Source: an uncultured Acidobacteriota bacterium | GTDB lineage: Bacteria; Acidobacteriota; Vicinamibacteria; Vicinamibacterales; CAVVIG01 | NCBI GenBank assembly: GCA_963754955.1 | Contig: CAVWHY010000010.1 | Span: 15,233-79,232 of the forward strand | Reading direction: 5' to 3' | Length of the DNA stretch: 64,000 nt | In this document: in pieces, positions 51,031 through 61,121 of the stretch | How positions within the stretch are numbered: position 1 is the stretch's first letter | Layout: each line of letters starts with the position of its first letter | Notes under the pieces: model-generated | Database searches by the model: none | What the model was told of the DNA's origin: nothing | Seen by the model: the letters and a program-made list of their open reading frames with translations, nothing else | Translations under genes and position numbers: made by a program

Positions 51031-52469
51031 GCGTCGTCTTCGTGTCGATTCCAAACGGCGGGTCAGCCGGCAGCGTCCTGCGGACGGGCTTGATCGACCG
51101 CCTGCTCGACGCGGACGCATCGAATGAGGTCGTCCTGATTTCGCCGCTCGTCAACGATCCGGTGTTCGTGCGCGAGTTCGAACATCATCGCGTGCGATTT
51201 GAGAACCTGCCGCCGCATCGGCCGGCCGGACTCGAGGCGCGGCTGATGGCGCTCGTGCAGTCGGCGTACATCGGATCGGGTGTGACTGAATCCGTGCGCA
51301 TCCGCCGCGGGGAAGCCACCGCCAACGGGTCCATCCGGTGGATTGGGGCCAAGCGTATGCTGGCCGGGGTCCTGTTGCCATCGGTCGTGAAAAAGGAGAC
51401 GCGCTACGGGCTTGTCGATCGGCTCGTCTCGCATCCGCACGCCGAGTCTCTGTTCGACACGTACCGGCCGGCGCTCCTCGTCGCATCGAGCCCCGGCCTG
51501 ATTTTCTCGGAAGTGCCGTTGCTGCGAACCGCCGTGCGCAGGCGCGTGCGCTCGATGGCGGTGGATCCAAGCTGGGACAACTTCACCAACAAGCTGTTGC
51601 CGGTCCGACGCGTAAACCGTCTAATCGTATGGAACGATCTGATGAAACAGCAGGCCGTGGATTGGCACGGCTACCAACCGGATGAGGTCCGAGTGGCCGG
51701 TGCGCCGCAGTGGGACGTCTACTTTCGCTCGCCCGGCATTTCGCGCGACGCGTTCTTCGCGCGCATCGGGGCTGATCCCGCTCGGAGGCTCATCACGCTC
51801 TCGACAACGCCGCGCGAACTGTACTCCCATCACGATCACGTCGTGCGAGTGCTGAGTCGGGCGGTGACCGATGGAGCCTGGCCGTCCCCCGCCCAGTTGC
51901 TCGTCCGCCTGCACCCGCGTGATGAGATGTCCGCGTACGCGGCGTTTCGTGGTATGCCGCACGTGCTCATCGAGAAGCCCTTCCGGGCAACGCGAGCGAC
52001 CTCCGCAGACGGCCTCTGTATCGACATCACCGCGGAGAACCAGCAGCATCTTGCCGACACGATGCGCCACAGCGACGTGGTGGTGAATGTCGCGTCGACG
52101 CTCGCCGTCGAGGCGGCGATCGTCGACACGCCGGTCGTCAACATCAGTTTCGACGGTGAACAGCCTTCGGAGTGGCTTCGCTCTGCGCGCCGGTACTATC
52201 GCTTCACGCATTACGTGAACGTCACACGGCACAACGCCGCACGGGTGGCCGACACACCGGAGCATCTCGTCGAATACGTCGGACGCTACCTCGAAGATCC
52301 GTCGCTCGATCGCGAGGGCCGGCGGGCAGTGGCCGCCGAGCAGTGCCAGTTCTTCGACGGCCGCTCGGCGAGCCGCGTGGCAGGCTTCGTGGCCGCCGAG
52401 CTGGCGGACGTGCGGGGTTTCTCGACTCCTTCCGCCCCATGTGTGGAATCGCGGGCATCGTCTCGCTGA
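51027..52469 (+). CDS. GT-B protein of CDP-glycerol glycerophosphotransferase-like superfamily (candidate CMP-nonulosonate transferase)
   Basis: SWDN, VWN, GAPQWD, VRLHP, STLAVEAAI.DTPVVN, DGRSASR. Confidence 0.6.
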   Translation: MSVVFVSIPNGGSAGSVLRTGLIDRLLDADASNEVVLISPLVNDPVFVREFEHHRVRFENLPPHRPAGLEARLMALVQSAYIGSGVTESVRIRRGEATANGSIRWIGAKRMLAGVLLPSVVKKETRYGLVDRLVSHPHAESLFDTYRPALLVASSPGLIFSEVPLLRTAVRRRVRSMAVDPSWDNFTNKLLPVRRVNRLIVWNDLMKQQAVDWHGYQPDEVRVAGAPQWDVYFRSPGISRDAFFARIGADPARRLITLSTTPRELYSHHDHVVRVLSRAVTDGAWPSPAQLLVRLHPRDEMSAYAAFRGMPHVLIEKPFRATRATSADGLCIDITAENQQHLADTMRHSDVVVNVASTLAVEAAIVDTPVVNISFDGEQPSEWLRSARRYYRFTHYVNVTRHNAARVADTPEHLVEYVGRYLEDPSLDREGRRAVAAEQCQFFDGRSASRVAGFVAAELADVRGFSTPSAPCVESRASSR

Positions 52470-54331
52470 GGGGTCGCCGACCGGATCCGCAGCGGATCGC
52501 GGGGATGGTCGCGACACTGCGGCACCGCGGCCCGGACGATCACGGCTCGTTCCTCGACGGCCCCGTCGGGCTCGGCGCCGCCCGACTGAGTATCATCGAT
52601 GTGGCCGGCGGACATCAGCCGATCACGATCGACGGCGGCATCACCGTCGCGCAGAATGGCGAAATCTACAACTACATTGAGCTTCGCGATGAGTTGCAGC
52701 GCGCCGGCCGTGTGTTCACGACCGCCTGTGACACGGAGGTCATCGCGCATCTCTACGCAGTGTACGGCATCGCGGGATTCGCGAAGATGCGGGGAATGTT
52801 TGCCATCGCAATCTGGGACGCCACGAGGCAGCGACTGGTGCTCGCGCGCGATCGCGCCGGCAAGAAACCGCTCTACTACTTCAGGGCCGGCGACGACGTG
52901 CTGTTCGCGTCCGAGACGAAGGGCATTCTCGCGGCGCTCGATCGGGTGCCGTCTGCGAATGCCGAGGCGCTCCTGAGTTTCTTCACGTTCGGGTACGTTG
53001 CCGGCGAGCAGGCTGTCTTCGAGGGAATGCGGCGTCTTCCGCCCGGCGCGTCGCTCACACTGGACGTCGGACGGGAGCAGCCGGCAAACCCGACGATTAC
53101 CCCGTTCTGGCGCTGGCCTTCCGCGGCGGTGACCGATGCGCTGCCAGTGACCGAGGCTATCGAGCGGATCCGCGCCGAGCTCACCGAGGCCGTCCGGATC
53201 CGGCTTCGCTCGGATGTGCCGTTGGGCGCGTTCCTGAGCGGTGGCATGGATTCGGCCGCCATCCTCGCGCTGATGACCCGGCTGTCCTCGCGGCCCGTAA
53301 AGACGTTCACGATCGGGTTCGGCGTCGCCGATTACGACGAGCTGACGGAAGCACGAGCCACCGCACAGCACTTTGGGGCCGATCATCACGAACAGGTCGT
53401 CACCCCGGACTGTGTCAGGATCGCCGAAGACCTGGCCTATTACTACGACGAACCGTTCGCCGACGCGTCGGCGATTCCGACCTTCTACGTCTCCGAGCTT
53501 GCGCGGCGGCACGTCACCGTCTGCCTCACGGGCGACGGCGGTGATGAGCTGTTTGCCGGATACACGCCTTACGCGGATGCGCTCGCGCGTGTCAGCCCGC
53601 GACCGGTCGCGGCGCTTCGGAGCGTCCTCGGGGCCGGCGCACGCCGCATCCCGGTGCATACCCGCGGCAAGGGTCGGCTGTCGACCATGGCGCTCGGCCC
53701 CGAAGCGTGGTTTGTCTGGCGGCGAACAGTATTTCCCGACTATCTGCTCGAGGCCGTCGTCGAGCCCGATGTGCTGGCGGCGGCCGGAGTACTGCCGGAG
53801 CGGCAGGCCGCGGTCGACATCTGTGCCGATAACGGTCCGCTGCTCTCGCGGCTGCAGCAGTGGGATCAGCGGCACTACTTGCCTGATGACATCCTCGTCA
53901 AAGTGGACCGGGCGACGATGGCGCATTCGCTCGAGGCGCGTTGCCCCATTCTCGACGACCGCGTCATCGAGCTGGCCGCAGCTCAATCGGCTGCGCGCCA
54001 CGGCGGTCCCTCGTCCACCAAACTTCTGTTTCGCGAGGTCATTCGCCCCTGGGTGCCGCCTGACGTGCTCGCGCGTCCGAAGCGCGGTTTTGGCGTGCCG
54101 CTGCGGCGCTGGTTCAAGGAGCAGATGATTGGCTGGGCTCGGGAGATCCTCCTCGACCCGCGAACCGGTCAGCGTGGGTGGACGCGCACCCACCAGGTCC
54201 GCGCGCTGCTTGAGCAGCACGAAAACGGCTCGCGCGATCACGCCAAGCGAATCTGGGCGTTGGTGTCGCTCGAGCTCTGGGCCCGCGCGCACCTCGACCG
54301 GGCGGGTTCGCACCAACGCGCATGCGCGTGA
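52439..54331 (+). CDS. asnB: Asparagine synthase (glutamine-hydrolysing) family amidotransferase
   Basis: MCGIAG, HRGPD, RLSIID, NGEIYN, LSGGMDS, GDGGDELFAGY, KVDRATMAHSLEAR. Confidence 0.93.
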   Translation: MCGIAGIVSLRGRRPDPQRIAGMVATLRHRGPDDHGSFLDGPVGLGAARLSIIDVAGGHQPITIDGGITVAQNGEIYNYIELRDELQRAGRVFTTACDTEVIAHLYAVYGIAGFAKMRGMFAIAIWDATRQRLVLARDRAGKKPLYYFRAGDDVLFASETKGILAALDRVPSANAEALLSFFTFGYVAGEQAVFEGMRRLPPGASLTLDVGREQPANPTITPFWRWPSAAVTDALPVTEAIERIRAELTEAVRIRLRSDVPLGAFLSGGMDSAAILALMTRLSSRPVKTFTIGFGVADYDELTEARATAQHFGADHHEQVVTPDCVRIAEDLAYYYDEPFADASAIPTFYVSELARRHVTVCLTGDGGDELFAGYTPYADALARVSPRPVAALRSVLGAGARRIPVHTRGKGRLSTMALGPEAWFVWRRTVFPDYLLEAVVEPDVLAAAGVLPERQAAVDICADNGPLLSRLQQWDQRHYLPDDILVKVDRATMAHSLEARCPILDDRVIELAAAQSAARHGGPSSTKLLFREVIRPWVPPDVLARPKRGFGVPLRRWFKEQMIGWAREILLDPRTGQRGWTRTHQVRALLEQHENGSRDHAKRIWALVSLELWARAHLDRAGSHQRACA

Positions 54332-55479
54332 CGATGCTCGTACGGTGCCTCGCGATGATGCACGGAGGAGGCGAGACGCGGCATCTCGCCTGGATGAAGG
54401 AGCTGGCGGCGCTCGGAGTCGACGTGGACGTGATCGCCGGCCGCCCGCTGGTCCTGGGCCCGGCGCGATATGCCGTCGAGTGGCCGCAGGCGACCGTCCT
54501 ACGATCGCCTTATCTGCGGGATGCGGTCTACCGGTTTCAGAACCGACGCGGTTTCGGCCGCTTGACGATGCAGGCGCTGCATTTTGACGAGGAGTGGTTC
54601 TGCCGCGACGCCTGGCGCCGCATCGCGGCGCGTTCGAATCGACCGGACGTTGTCCATGCGCACGCCTTGCACCAGGCGGCGCGCCTGCGCCGCGGCGACA
54701 TTCCCGTCGTCATCAATCTGCCCGGTCTTCCGCATCCGCGCTACGCCGGCGATCTCCGTCAGGCCGACGCGCTCGTCGCGGATGGCTGGGCAGCCGCGAG
54801 TCTACCGGCCGTGCTCGGCATGCCGATTCAGCGTGTGAACAAGGGCGTCGATGCCGAGCTTTTCCGGCCCGATGGTGCCGATCGCCGCGCTGCGTTCGGT
54901 CTGGAAACGAAGCACGTGGTGCTGTCTGTGGCGCGTCTCGTCCCGCTGAAGAACCTGCGGCTTCTGGTCGATGCGTTCAGGATCGTCCGCGCCGCGGACC
55001 CGGACGCGCATCTCCTCGTGGTTGGCGAGGGACCGGAGGCGCGCGCGCTCGAGCGGCACGCCGCCGATGAGGGTGTAGCGGGCAGTGTAACGTTCGCCGG
55101 TTACGTACCTCACGATGAAACGCCTGATTTCTATCGGTCTGCCGACGTGTTCACGCTATCGTCCGACTTCGACAACTCGCCAAACGTCGTCCTCGAAGCA
55201 ATGGCGAGCGGATTGCCGGTGGTGGCGACGGACGTTGGAGGCGTGCGCGAGTTCGTAGACCCGCGAGGCGGGACAGTCGTACCCGCCCGGCAGCCCGACG
55301 CGCTCGCGCGTGCCATCGCCCTGTACCTGTCGCACGGCCCGGACGCGCGTGCCGCCGGCGAGTGGAATCGCGCCCGGGCGGCAGCCACCTTCTCTTGGCG
55401 GGCGAGCGCCCGCCAGCTGCTCGATGTGTACTCCGGCGTGATCGCGGCACGGCGGGCCGGCGAGCGGGCGTCGGCATGA
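54322..55479 (+). CDS. GT4 glycosyltransferase
   Basis: GGE, VARLVPLKN, DNSPNVVLEAMASGLPVVATDVGG. Confidence 0.88.
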   Translation: MRVTMLVRCLAMMHGGGETRHLAWMKELAALGVDVDVIAGRPLVLGPARYAVEWPQATVLRSPYLRDAVYRFQNRRGFGRLTMQALHFDEEWFCRDAWRRIAARSNRPDVVHAHALHQAARLRRGDIPVVINLPGLPHPRYAGDLRQADALVADGWAAASLPAVLGMPIQRVNKGVDAELFRPDGADRRAAFGLETKHVVLSVARLVPLKNLRLLVDAFRIVRAADPDAHLLVVGEGPEARALERHAADEGVAGSVTFAGYVPHDETPDFYRSADVFTLSSDFDNSPNVVLEAMASGLPVVATDVGGVREFVDPRGGTVVPARQPDALARAIALYLSHGPDARAAGEWNRARAAATFSWRASARQLLDVYSGVIAARRAGERASA

Positions 55480-56288
55480 AGGTCGCAATTCGAGACGACG
55501 ACACGTGCTACTTCACGGCCCCCGATGAACTCGAACGGGTGTACAGCGACATTTGGGATCGCGTGCCAGTCTGCCTGGCGATCGTACCTTGTGCGATTGG
55601 CTACGAACGCCGCGGCATTCCGCGCGAGCACTGGCACTCGGGAGTGGCGCTGCCGCTCGATTTTAACGCCGAGCTGGTGGAGTACCTGAGGCAGTTGCGC
55701 CGGGCGAACCGTGCGACGGTCGCTCTTCACGGGTATACGCACGAAGATTTTCCTGGTGGGTTCGAATTTCAGGCGGCGCCGGATCCGGACCGCCGGGTCA
55801 GCGAGGGCCTGACGTACTTGCAGCGCACACTCGACGCCTCCATCGGAATCTTCGTTCCGCCGCACAACGCTTTATCGAAGCGGGGTCTTGCGGCCGTCGC
55901 CAGGCACGGGCTCAATCTGCTGGGCTCATTCCTGTCATTCCGCCCATCGATGCGGCCGTGGGAGGCGCGCACGCTAGGGAACTGGTGGCACGTTCACCGC
56001 TTCCGGAAACACACCGGCCGAACCCGCAGGGATCGATTCGTGTATCCCTTCGTCCTGCGCTACGCGACCCACGCCGAGTTCGGCTGTCACAGTCTCGTGC
56101 CCGGGACAACCCTCGACGAGCTCGTGTCGGGGTTCGAGGAAGCGCGCAAGGCCGGCGGCGACTTTTGCCTCGCGACCCACTACTGGGAGGTGGACCAGAC
56201 CCTCAAGGACGTGATGCGGCGGTTTCTCGATTATGCAGCGGGGCGCGCCGACGTCAGATTCGTTCCGGCCGAGGAGCTGTTCGCGTGA
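55476..56288 (+). CDS. DUF2334 / polysaccharide deacetylase-like protein
   Basis: IRDDD, ALHGYTH, FVPPHN, LATHYWE. Confidence 0.7.
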   Translation: MKVAIRDDDTCYFTAPDELERVYSDIWDRVPVCLAIVPCAIGYERRGIPREHWHSGVALPLDFNAELVEYLRQLRRANRATVALHGYTHEDFPGGFEFQAAPDPDRRVSEGLTYLQRTLDASIGIFVPPHNALSKRGLAAVARHGLNLLGSFLSFRPSMRPWEARTLGNWWHVHRFRKHTGRTRRDRFVYPFVLRYATHAEFGCHSLVPGTTLDELVSGFEEARKAGGDFCLATHYWEVDQTLKDVMRRFLDYAAGRADVRFVPAEELFA

Positions 56289-57412
56289 CGTCCCGGCGCG
56301 GCCGCGCGCGCGTGGTGTACATGGTGCACACGCTCATGGTCGGCGGCGCAGAGGACACAGTCCTGAACCTTGTTCGCCATCTGCCGACGCGATTCGAGTC
56401 GATGGTCTGTTGCATTCATGACGCGGGTCCCATCGGCGAGGAAATCCGGCGGACAGGAACGGCCGTCGCCGTGCTCGGCCTCACGCCAGGTCTGCGGCGG
56501 CCAGGCGACGTCAACGGCATTCGCCGCTATTTGCGCGAAACGCACCCGGATATCGTGCACACATTCCTGTTGACCGCCAGCCTTTACGGCCGGCTGGCAG
56601 CGATCCTGGCCCGCGTTCCGGTTGTCGTCGGCAGCGAAATGAACGTCTACGAGCACAAACGGCCGGTGCACGTGCTTGCCGAACGACTCCTGATGGCTGG
56701 GACCGATCGCGTCATCGCGGCGGCAGGCTCGGTGCGCGAGTTCTATTTGCGACAGATCCACGCGGATCCGGCCAAGGTCGACGTCGTCTACAACGCCGTT
56801 GACTTTGCGCAAGGGCGCCCGACCATCTCGCGGCGCGAAATCCGCGCCTCGCTCGGTCTGCCGGCTGACGCAAAGGTCGCGGGCGTCGTCGGGCGGCTGA
56901 CCAGGCAGAAAGGGCACCGTCACCTTTTCGAAGCCCTGGCGTCCTCTCCTGCGCTCGCCGACGTGCAGTTGCTGGTGATCGGAGGAGGGGAAGACCGCGA
57001 CGCGCTCGAGCGGGACGCGATCGCGAAAGGCCTGTCGGCCCGCGTGCATTTCCTCGGCGTGCGCCGCGACGTGGGTAACCTGCTGGCGGCGATGGACGTG
57101 TTCGTCCTGCCGTCCCTCTGGGAGGGACTCCCGCTGGCGCTGGTTCATGCGATGGGCGCCGGTGTTCCGGTGGTCGCGTCGCGTGTGGCCGGCGTTCCCG
57201 AGGTCGTGGACGACGGGCGGACCGGACTGCTGGTTCCTCCCTCCGACGCCCCGGCCCTGGGGGCGGCGTTGACGCGGATGTTCGAAGACCCGGCTCTGCG
57301 TGAACGGCTCGGACGAGACGCCTGCCTGTCGGTGCTGCCGCGGTTCGGCGTCGACCGCTACGTCGAGTCGATGACGTCGCTGTACGACACGCTGCTGGAA
57401 CGCGTCGCATGA
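56285..57412 (+). CDS. GT4 glycosyltransferase
   Basis: VGGAE, GRLTRQKGH, PSLWEGLPLAL. Confidence 0.88.
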   Translation: MTSRRGRARVVYMVHTLMVGGAEDTVLNLVRHLPTRFESMVCCIHDAGPIGEEIRRTGTAVAVLGLTPGLRRPGDVNGIRRYLRETHPDIVHTFLLTASLYGRLAAILARVPVVVGSEMNVYEHKRPVHVLAERLLMAGTDRVIAAAGSVREFYLRQIHADPAKVDVVYNAVDFAQGRPTISRREIRASLGLPADAKVAGVVGRLTRQKGHRHLFEALASSPALADVQLLVIGGGEDRDALERDAIAKGLSARVHFLGVRRDVGNLLAAMDVFVLPSLWEGLPLALVHAMGAGVPVVASRVAGVPEVVDDGRTGLLVPPSDAPALGAALTRMFEDPALRERLGRDACLSVLPRFGVDRYVESMTSLYDTLLERVA

Positions 57413-58620
57413 GGCTCGGCGTGGTGTATCACATGCCGTTCTGGCGCGCGTCCGACGGGACGCTTCGCGAGGTAGAGGGATCGTTCGCGCGTTATGTCGA
57501 CTCGCTCGCACCGTATTTCGACGAGATCGTGCTGTGCGTGCCGGTGATGCCCGGCGGCAGTGGCGAGGGGACCGCGGTTCGTTCGAAGAACGTCACGCTC
57601 GCTCCGCTTCCAAACTTCGACGGTCCGGTTCAGTTCTATCCCAGGCTGCCGGTGATTGTGCCGCGAATCATGCGGTTCGTGCTTGGCGTGGACCTGGTGC
57701 ACTGCCGCGTGCCAACGCCGGCCGCGATCGTGGTGTCGCTGTTTGCCAAGCTCTTTCGCCGCCCCTTGTTCATGCTCGTCGTCGGCGACCTTCGGGCTCT
57801 GCTACCGGCGATGCCGTATCGTGGCGTCAAGCGTGTGTTGTGGCGGGCTTATACGGCCTTCGAAGAACTGAACATCCAGTGGATGGCGAACCACGCCCTG
57901 ACGTTCGCGAATGGCGACGCCCTCACGCGCAAGCACTCGCGGCCGGGTCTCGAGGTGATCCGGACGCAAACGACGACGATCGACGAGGAAGCGATCGGAT
58001 CGCGCGTGGACACCTGTGCTGTGTCCCCGGTGCGGCTCCTGACAGTCAGCCGCATCGATCCGCGCAAGGGCCTGAGCGTGTTGCCGGAGGCGGTCAGCTT
58101 GCTGATCGCGGGCGGGTGCGAGGTGACGCTGGACATCATCGGACCCGTAGTCGGCGAGCCGGGAAAAACGGCGCGAGCGGCGATCGACGCGCTGGCGCGC
58201 GATCGCGGCGTCGCCGATCGCGTCTCGCTAGCTGGTCTGGTACCGCTCGATCAGTTGCTGCCGCGCTATCGTGCCTACGACGTCTTCGTGTTACCAACGC
58301 TGCCAGGAGAAGGGGTCCCTCGCGTGCTGCTGGAAGCGATGGCAGGCGGTCTTCCGATCGTGACCAGTCGTGTGTCGGGCATTCCAAGCCTGATCACCCA
58401 CGAAGTCAACGGCCTTCTCCTCGATGCGCCATCCGGGCATACCGTCGCGGAGGCGGTGACGCGCATCGTACGTGACGCCTCTCTGCGGCGCCGACTCATC
58501 GCCGGCGGGTACGCGACCGCGCGGCTCCACACACTGCAGACTCAGGCCGCCAGCATGATGCGCGACGTCTCCGTGCGCCTCAGCCTGACGCTGCGTGAGC
58601 CGAGCCGGTCGGTCGCGTGA
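57409..58620 (+). CDS. GT4 glycosyltransferase
   Basis: SRIDPRKG, EGVPRVLLEAMAGGLP. Confidence 0.85.
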   Translation: MRLGVVYHMPFWRASDGTLREVEGSFARYVDSLAPYFDEIVLCVPVMPGGSGEGTAVRSKNVTLAPLPNFDGPVQFYPRLPVIVPRIMRFVLGVDLVHCRVPTPAAIVVSLFAKLFRRPLFMLVVGDLRALLPAMPYRGVKRVLWRAYTAFEELNIQWMANHALTFANGDALTRKHSRPGLEVIRTQTTTIDEEAIGSRVDTCAVSPVRLLTVSRIDPRKGLSVLPEAVSLLIAGGCEVTLDIIGPVVGEPGKTARAAIDALARDRGVADRVSLAGLVPLDQLLPRYRAYDVFVLPTLPGEGVPRVLLEAMAGGLPIVTSRVSGIPSLITHEVNGLLLDAPSGHTVAEAVTRIVRDASLRRRLIAGGYATARLHTLQTQAASMMRDVSVRLSLTLREPSRSVA

Positions 58621-58623
58621 GGG

Positions 58624-59751
58624 ATGGCTCGCAAAAAGCTGTGCTTCGTTCTGCCCTCACTGAGCGGCGGTGGCGCCGAGCGGGTGGCCGTTCATGTCCT
58701 GAACGCCCTCGATCCGCTGCTGTGGGATCGCTCGATGTATCTGTTTCGCCGGGAAGGGCCGTACCTTGATGCCCTGGATGGATCCATCGCGCTCTCGTCC
58801 GGCCGCCGCGAGTCACGGATCCGCCGATGGATGGCGCTGCGACGGTTTTTTGCCGACACGCGGCCGGATGTGATCGTGGCGTTTCTGAGCTACCTCTCGG
58901 TGCAATCGGCCGCTGCAGCGGCGCGGATCGGCGCGCGCATGGTGTTCGATCAGGGGACGCCCATTTCGGCCTTTCTGAACGATCCCGACTATCACTGGCG
59001 GCTGCCGTGGCGCCGCCGGGTGTTTTCGTGGGCGAGCCGCCTGGGATACCAGCAGGCCGATGCGGTCATCGCAACTTCCACGGGTGTCGCCGAGGACCTT
59101 GTTGCGCAATTCGGCGTGGGACCCGATCGCATCCACGTCGTCGCCAACCCGATCGATCTCCCTGCGATTGCCCGGGCGTCGAATGAAGCTATCGATCCGG
59201 CGTACGAAAGAGCACTGGTGTCGCCGGTCATAGTGGCCGCGGGACGGCTGGCCGACGTCAAGAACTATCCGCTGCTGATCGAGGCCATGGCTGTGCTACG
59301 GGCACGGCTGCCCGTGCGTCTGCTTATCCTCGGCGTCGGAGACCGTGAGGCCTCGCTGCGGCGACTCGTGTCGCGGAAACAGCTCGACCAGGCCGTCACG
59401 TTTGCCGGTTTTCAGAGTAATCCCTGGAAGTACATCGCCAGAGCCGACGTATTCGCGCTGAGTTCCCGGTACGAGGGATTTGGGAACGTGCTCGCTGAAG
59501 CCATGGCGTGTGGCGTTCCTGTCGTGGCCACGAGCTCGCCTGGCACGCGCGACGTCGTGAGCGTCGGCCGGGACGGCCTGCTCGTGGATCGGCACGAGCC
59601 GGGCGAGCTGGCCGCAGCGCTCGCGCGAGTGCTCGAGGACTCGCAGCTTCGAGGCCGGATGGCGGCGGAGGCGCGTCGCAGCGCTACGCGGTTCGCGCTG
59701 CCTGTCATCGCCAGCCTCTATGACGGGGTGTTCCGCCAGGTGCTGGCGTGA
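58624..59751 (+). CDS. GT4 glycosyltransferase
   Basis: GGGAER, AGRLADVKN, SRYEGFGNVLAEAMACG. Confidence 0.9.
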   Translation: MARKKLCFVLPSLSGGGAERVAVHVLNALDPLLWDRSMYLFRREGPYLDALDGSIALSSGRRESRIRRWMALRRFFADTRPDVIVAFLSYLSVQSAAAAARIGARMVFDQGTPISAFLNDPDYHWRLPWRRRVFSWASRLGYQQADAVIATSTGVAEDLVAQFGVGPDRIHVVANPIDLPAIARASNEAIDPAYERALVSPVIVAAGRLADVKNYPLLIEAMAVLRARLPVRLLILGVGDREASLRRLVSRKQLDQAVTFAGFQSNPWKYIARADVFALSSRYEGFGNVLAEAMACGVPVVATSSPGTRDVVSVGRDGLLVDRHEPGELAAALARVLEDSQLRGRMAAEARRSATRFALPVIASLYDGVFRQVLA

Positions 59752-61121
59752 GGGCCGCTCCCCCGGGCGAGTGGCCGAAAGTGTGGCACATGGCGGTGGC
59801 GGCTGGGATTGTGCTCGGGATCGCGTACACGTTGTCGCCGCTGACCGTCTGGGCCGCGGCGATCTTTGTGTTCCTGGTGTGGTTGATCGGCGACGGACTG
59901 CCGGAGGCCGAGCGCAGGCGGATTCGCACAATTCTCGTCGCGGCCATTCTCATTCGTGTCGTGGTGATCGGAGGCGTGTGGCTGACGACTGATCATGCCC
60001 GCGTTCCGTTCGCCACGTTCTTCGGCGACGAAGGGTACTTCATTCGCCGCGCGACGTGGCTTCGCAATATCGCATTGGGTATTCCGATCCACAACGCCGA
60101 CATGATTTACGCGTTCGATGACTACAGCTACATGCACTACATGTACGTCATCGCCTTCATCGAGGCGCTCGTCGGATTCGCCCCATACGGGCTGAAGGTC
60201 CTCAGCGCCGCCATGTATCTCGCCGGAGTCGTGGTTCTCTTCCGGCTGGCGCGTCGCGCCTACGGCAGCGGCGTTGCGCTCGCCGGGCTCGCCGTCGTGC
60301 TGTTTCTACCCAGCCTGTTCGCGTGGTCGATCGCGGTGCTGAAGGAGCCGCCCTATTTTCTGATCGGAGCGCTGGGATGCGCCGTGGCGGCCGGCACGAT
60401 GCGGACTGCTTCGATGGCGCATCGGATCGCCGGGGTGCTGTTTCTCTGGGCCGTCGCCGGGGGGCTGCAGTCCATCCGCGAGGGGGGCCTGATCATCGGC
60501 GTGGCTGGACTGGGAGGAGGCATCCTGTTCGGCTGGCTCGTGCCCAGGCCCCGCGCGGCGGTGGTCGTTGCGATGGCGGTCGCCGTCGCGGTCATGGTTG
60601 CGTGGTCTCGCCCGTCGACTCAGTTGAGGGCCGTTCAGGCGGTTCGGACGGCGGCGACGCTGCACTGGTGGCAGGTCAACACGCCCGGCTATTCCTATCA
60701 GACGCTGGACACTCGCTTGTATTCAGACAAGGATGCGATTGACGGCATGACGCGCGGTGAAACCGGTCGTTTCCTTGTGCGTTCCGCCGTGGATTACCTG
60801 ACGGTTCCCCGTCCGTGGACGATCGAGTCGCGCGCGGCGCTCGCTTTTGTTCCCGAGCTGATGTTCTGGTATTGCATGCTCGCCCTGCTCCCGATCGGCC
60901 TGATCGCCGCGCTCCGACGAGATCCCGTGGTCACGATGGTGCTGGCCGCCTACGCTTTCGCCCTCGCCGCGCCAGTCGCGGTATCGGACGGGAATATCGG
61001 CACGCTTGTCCGCCATCGTGGGCTTGCGTTGCCCTATCTGATCTGGCTGAGCGCTGTCGGAGCCGAGGCTCTCCTGATGTACGCGGCGCGAGCAACGAAC
61101 AAGGCAGTGGCATGGCCCTAG
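59748..61121 (+). CDS. Polytopic membrane protein, GT-C / polymerase-like
   Basis: GDEGYF after TM, PSLFAWS..LKE, NIGTLVRHR; multiple TM helices. Confidence 0.6.
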   Translation: MRAAPPGEWPKVWHMAVAAGIVLGIAYTLSPLTVWAAAIFVFLVWLIGDGLPEAERRRIRTILVAAILIRVVVIGGVWLTTDHARVPFATFFGDEGYFIRRATWLRNIALGIPIHNADMIYAFDDYSYMHYMYVIAFIEALVGFAPYGLKVLSAAMYLAGVVVLFRLARRAYGSGVALAGLAVVLFLPSLFAWSIAVLKEPPYFLIGALGCAVAAGTMRTASMAHRIAGVLFLWAVAGGLQSIREGGLIIGVAGLGGGILFGWLVPRPRAAVVVAMAVAVAVMVAWSRPSTQLRAVQAVRTAATLHWWQVNTPGYSYQTLDTRLYSDKDAIDGMTRGETGRFLVRSAVDYLTVPRPWTIESRAALAFVPELMFWYCMLALLPIGLIAALRRDPVVTMVLAAYAFALAAPVAVSDGNIGTLVRHRGLALPYLIWLSAVGAEALLMYAARATNKAVAWP

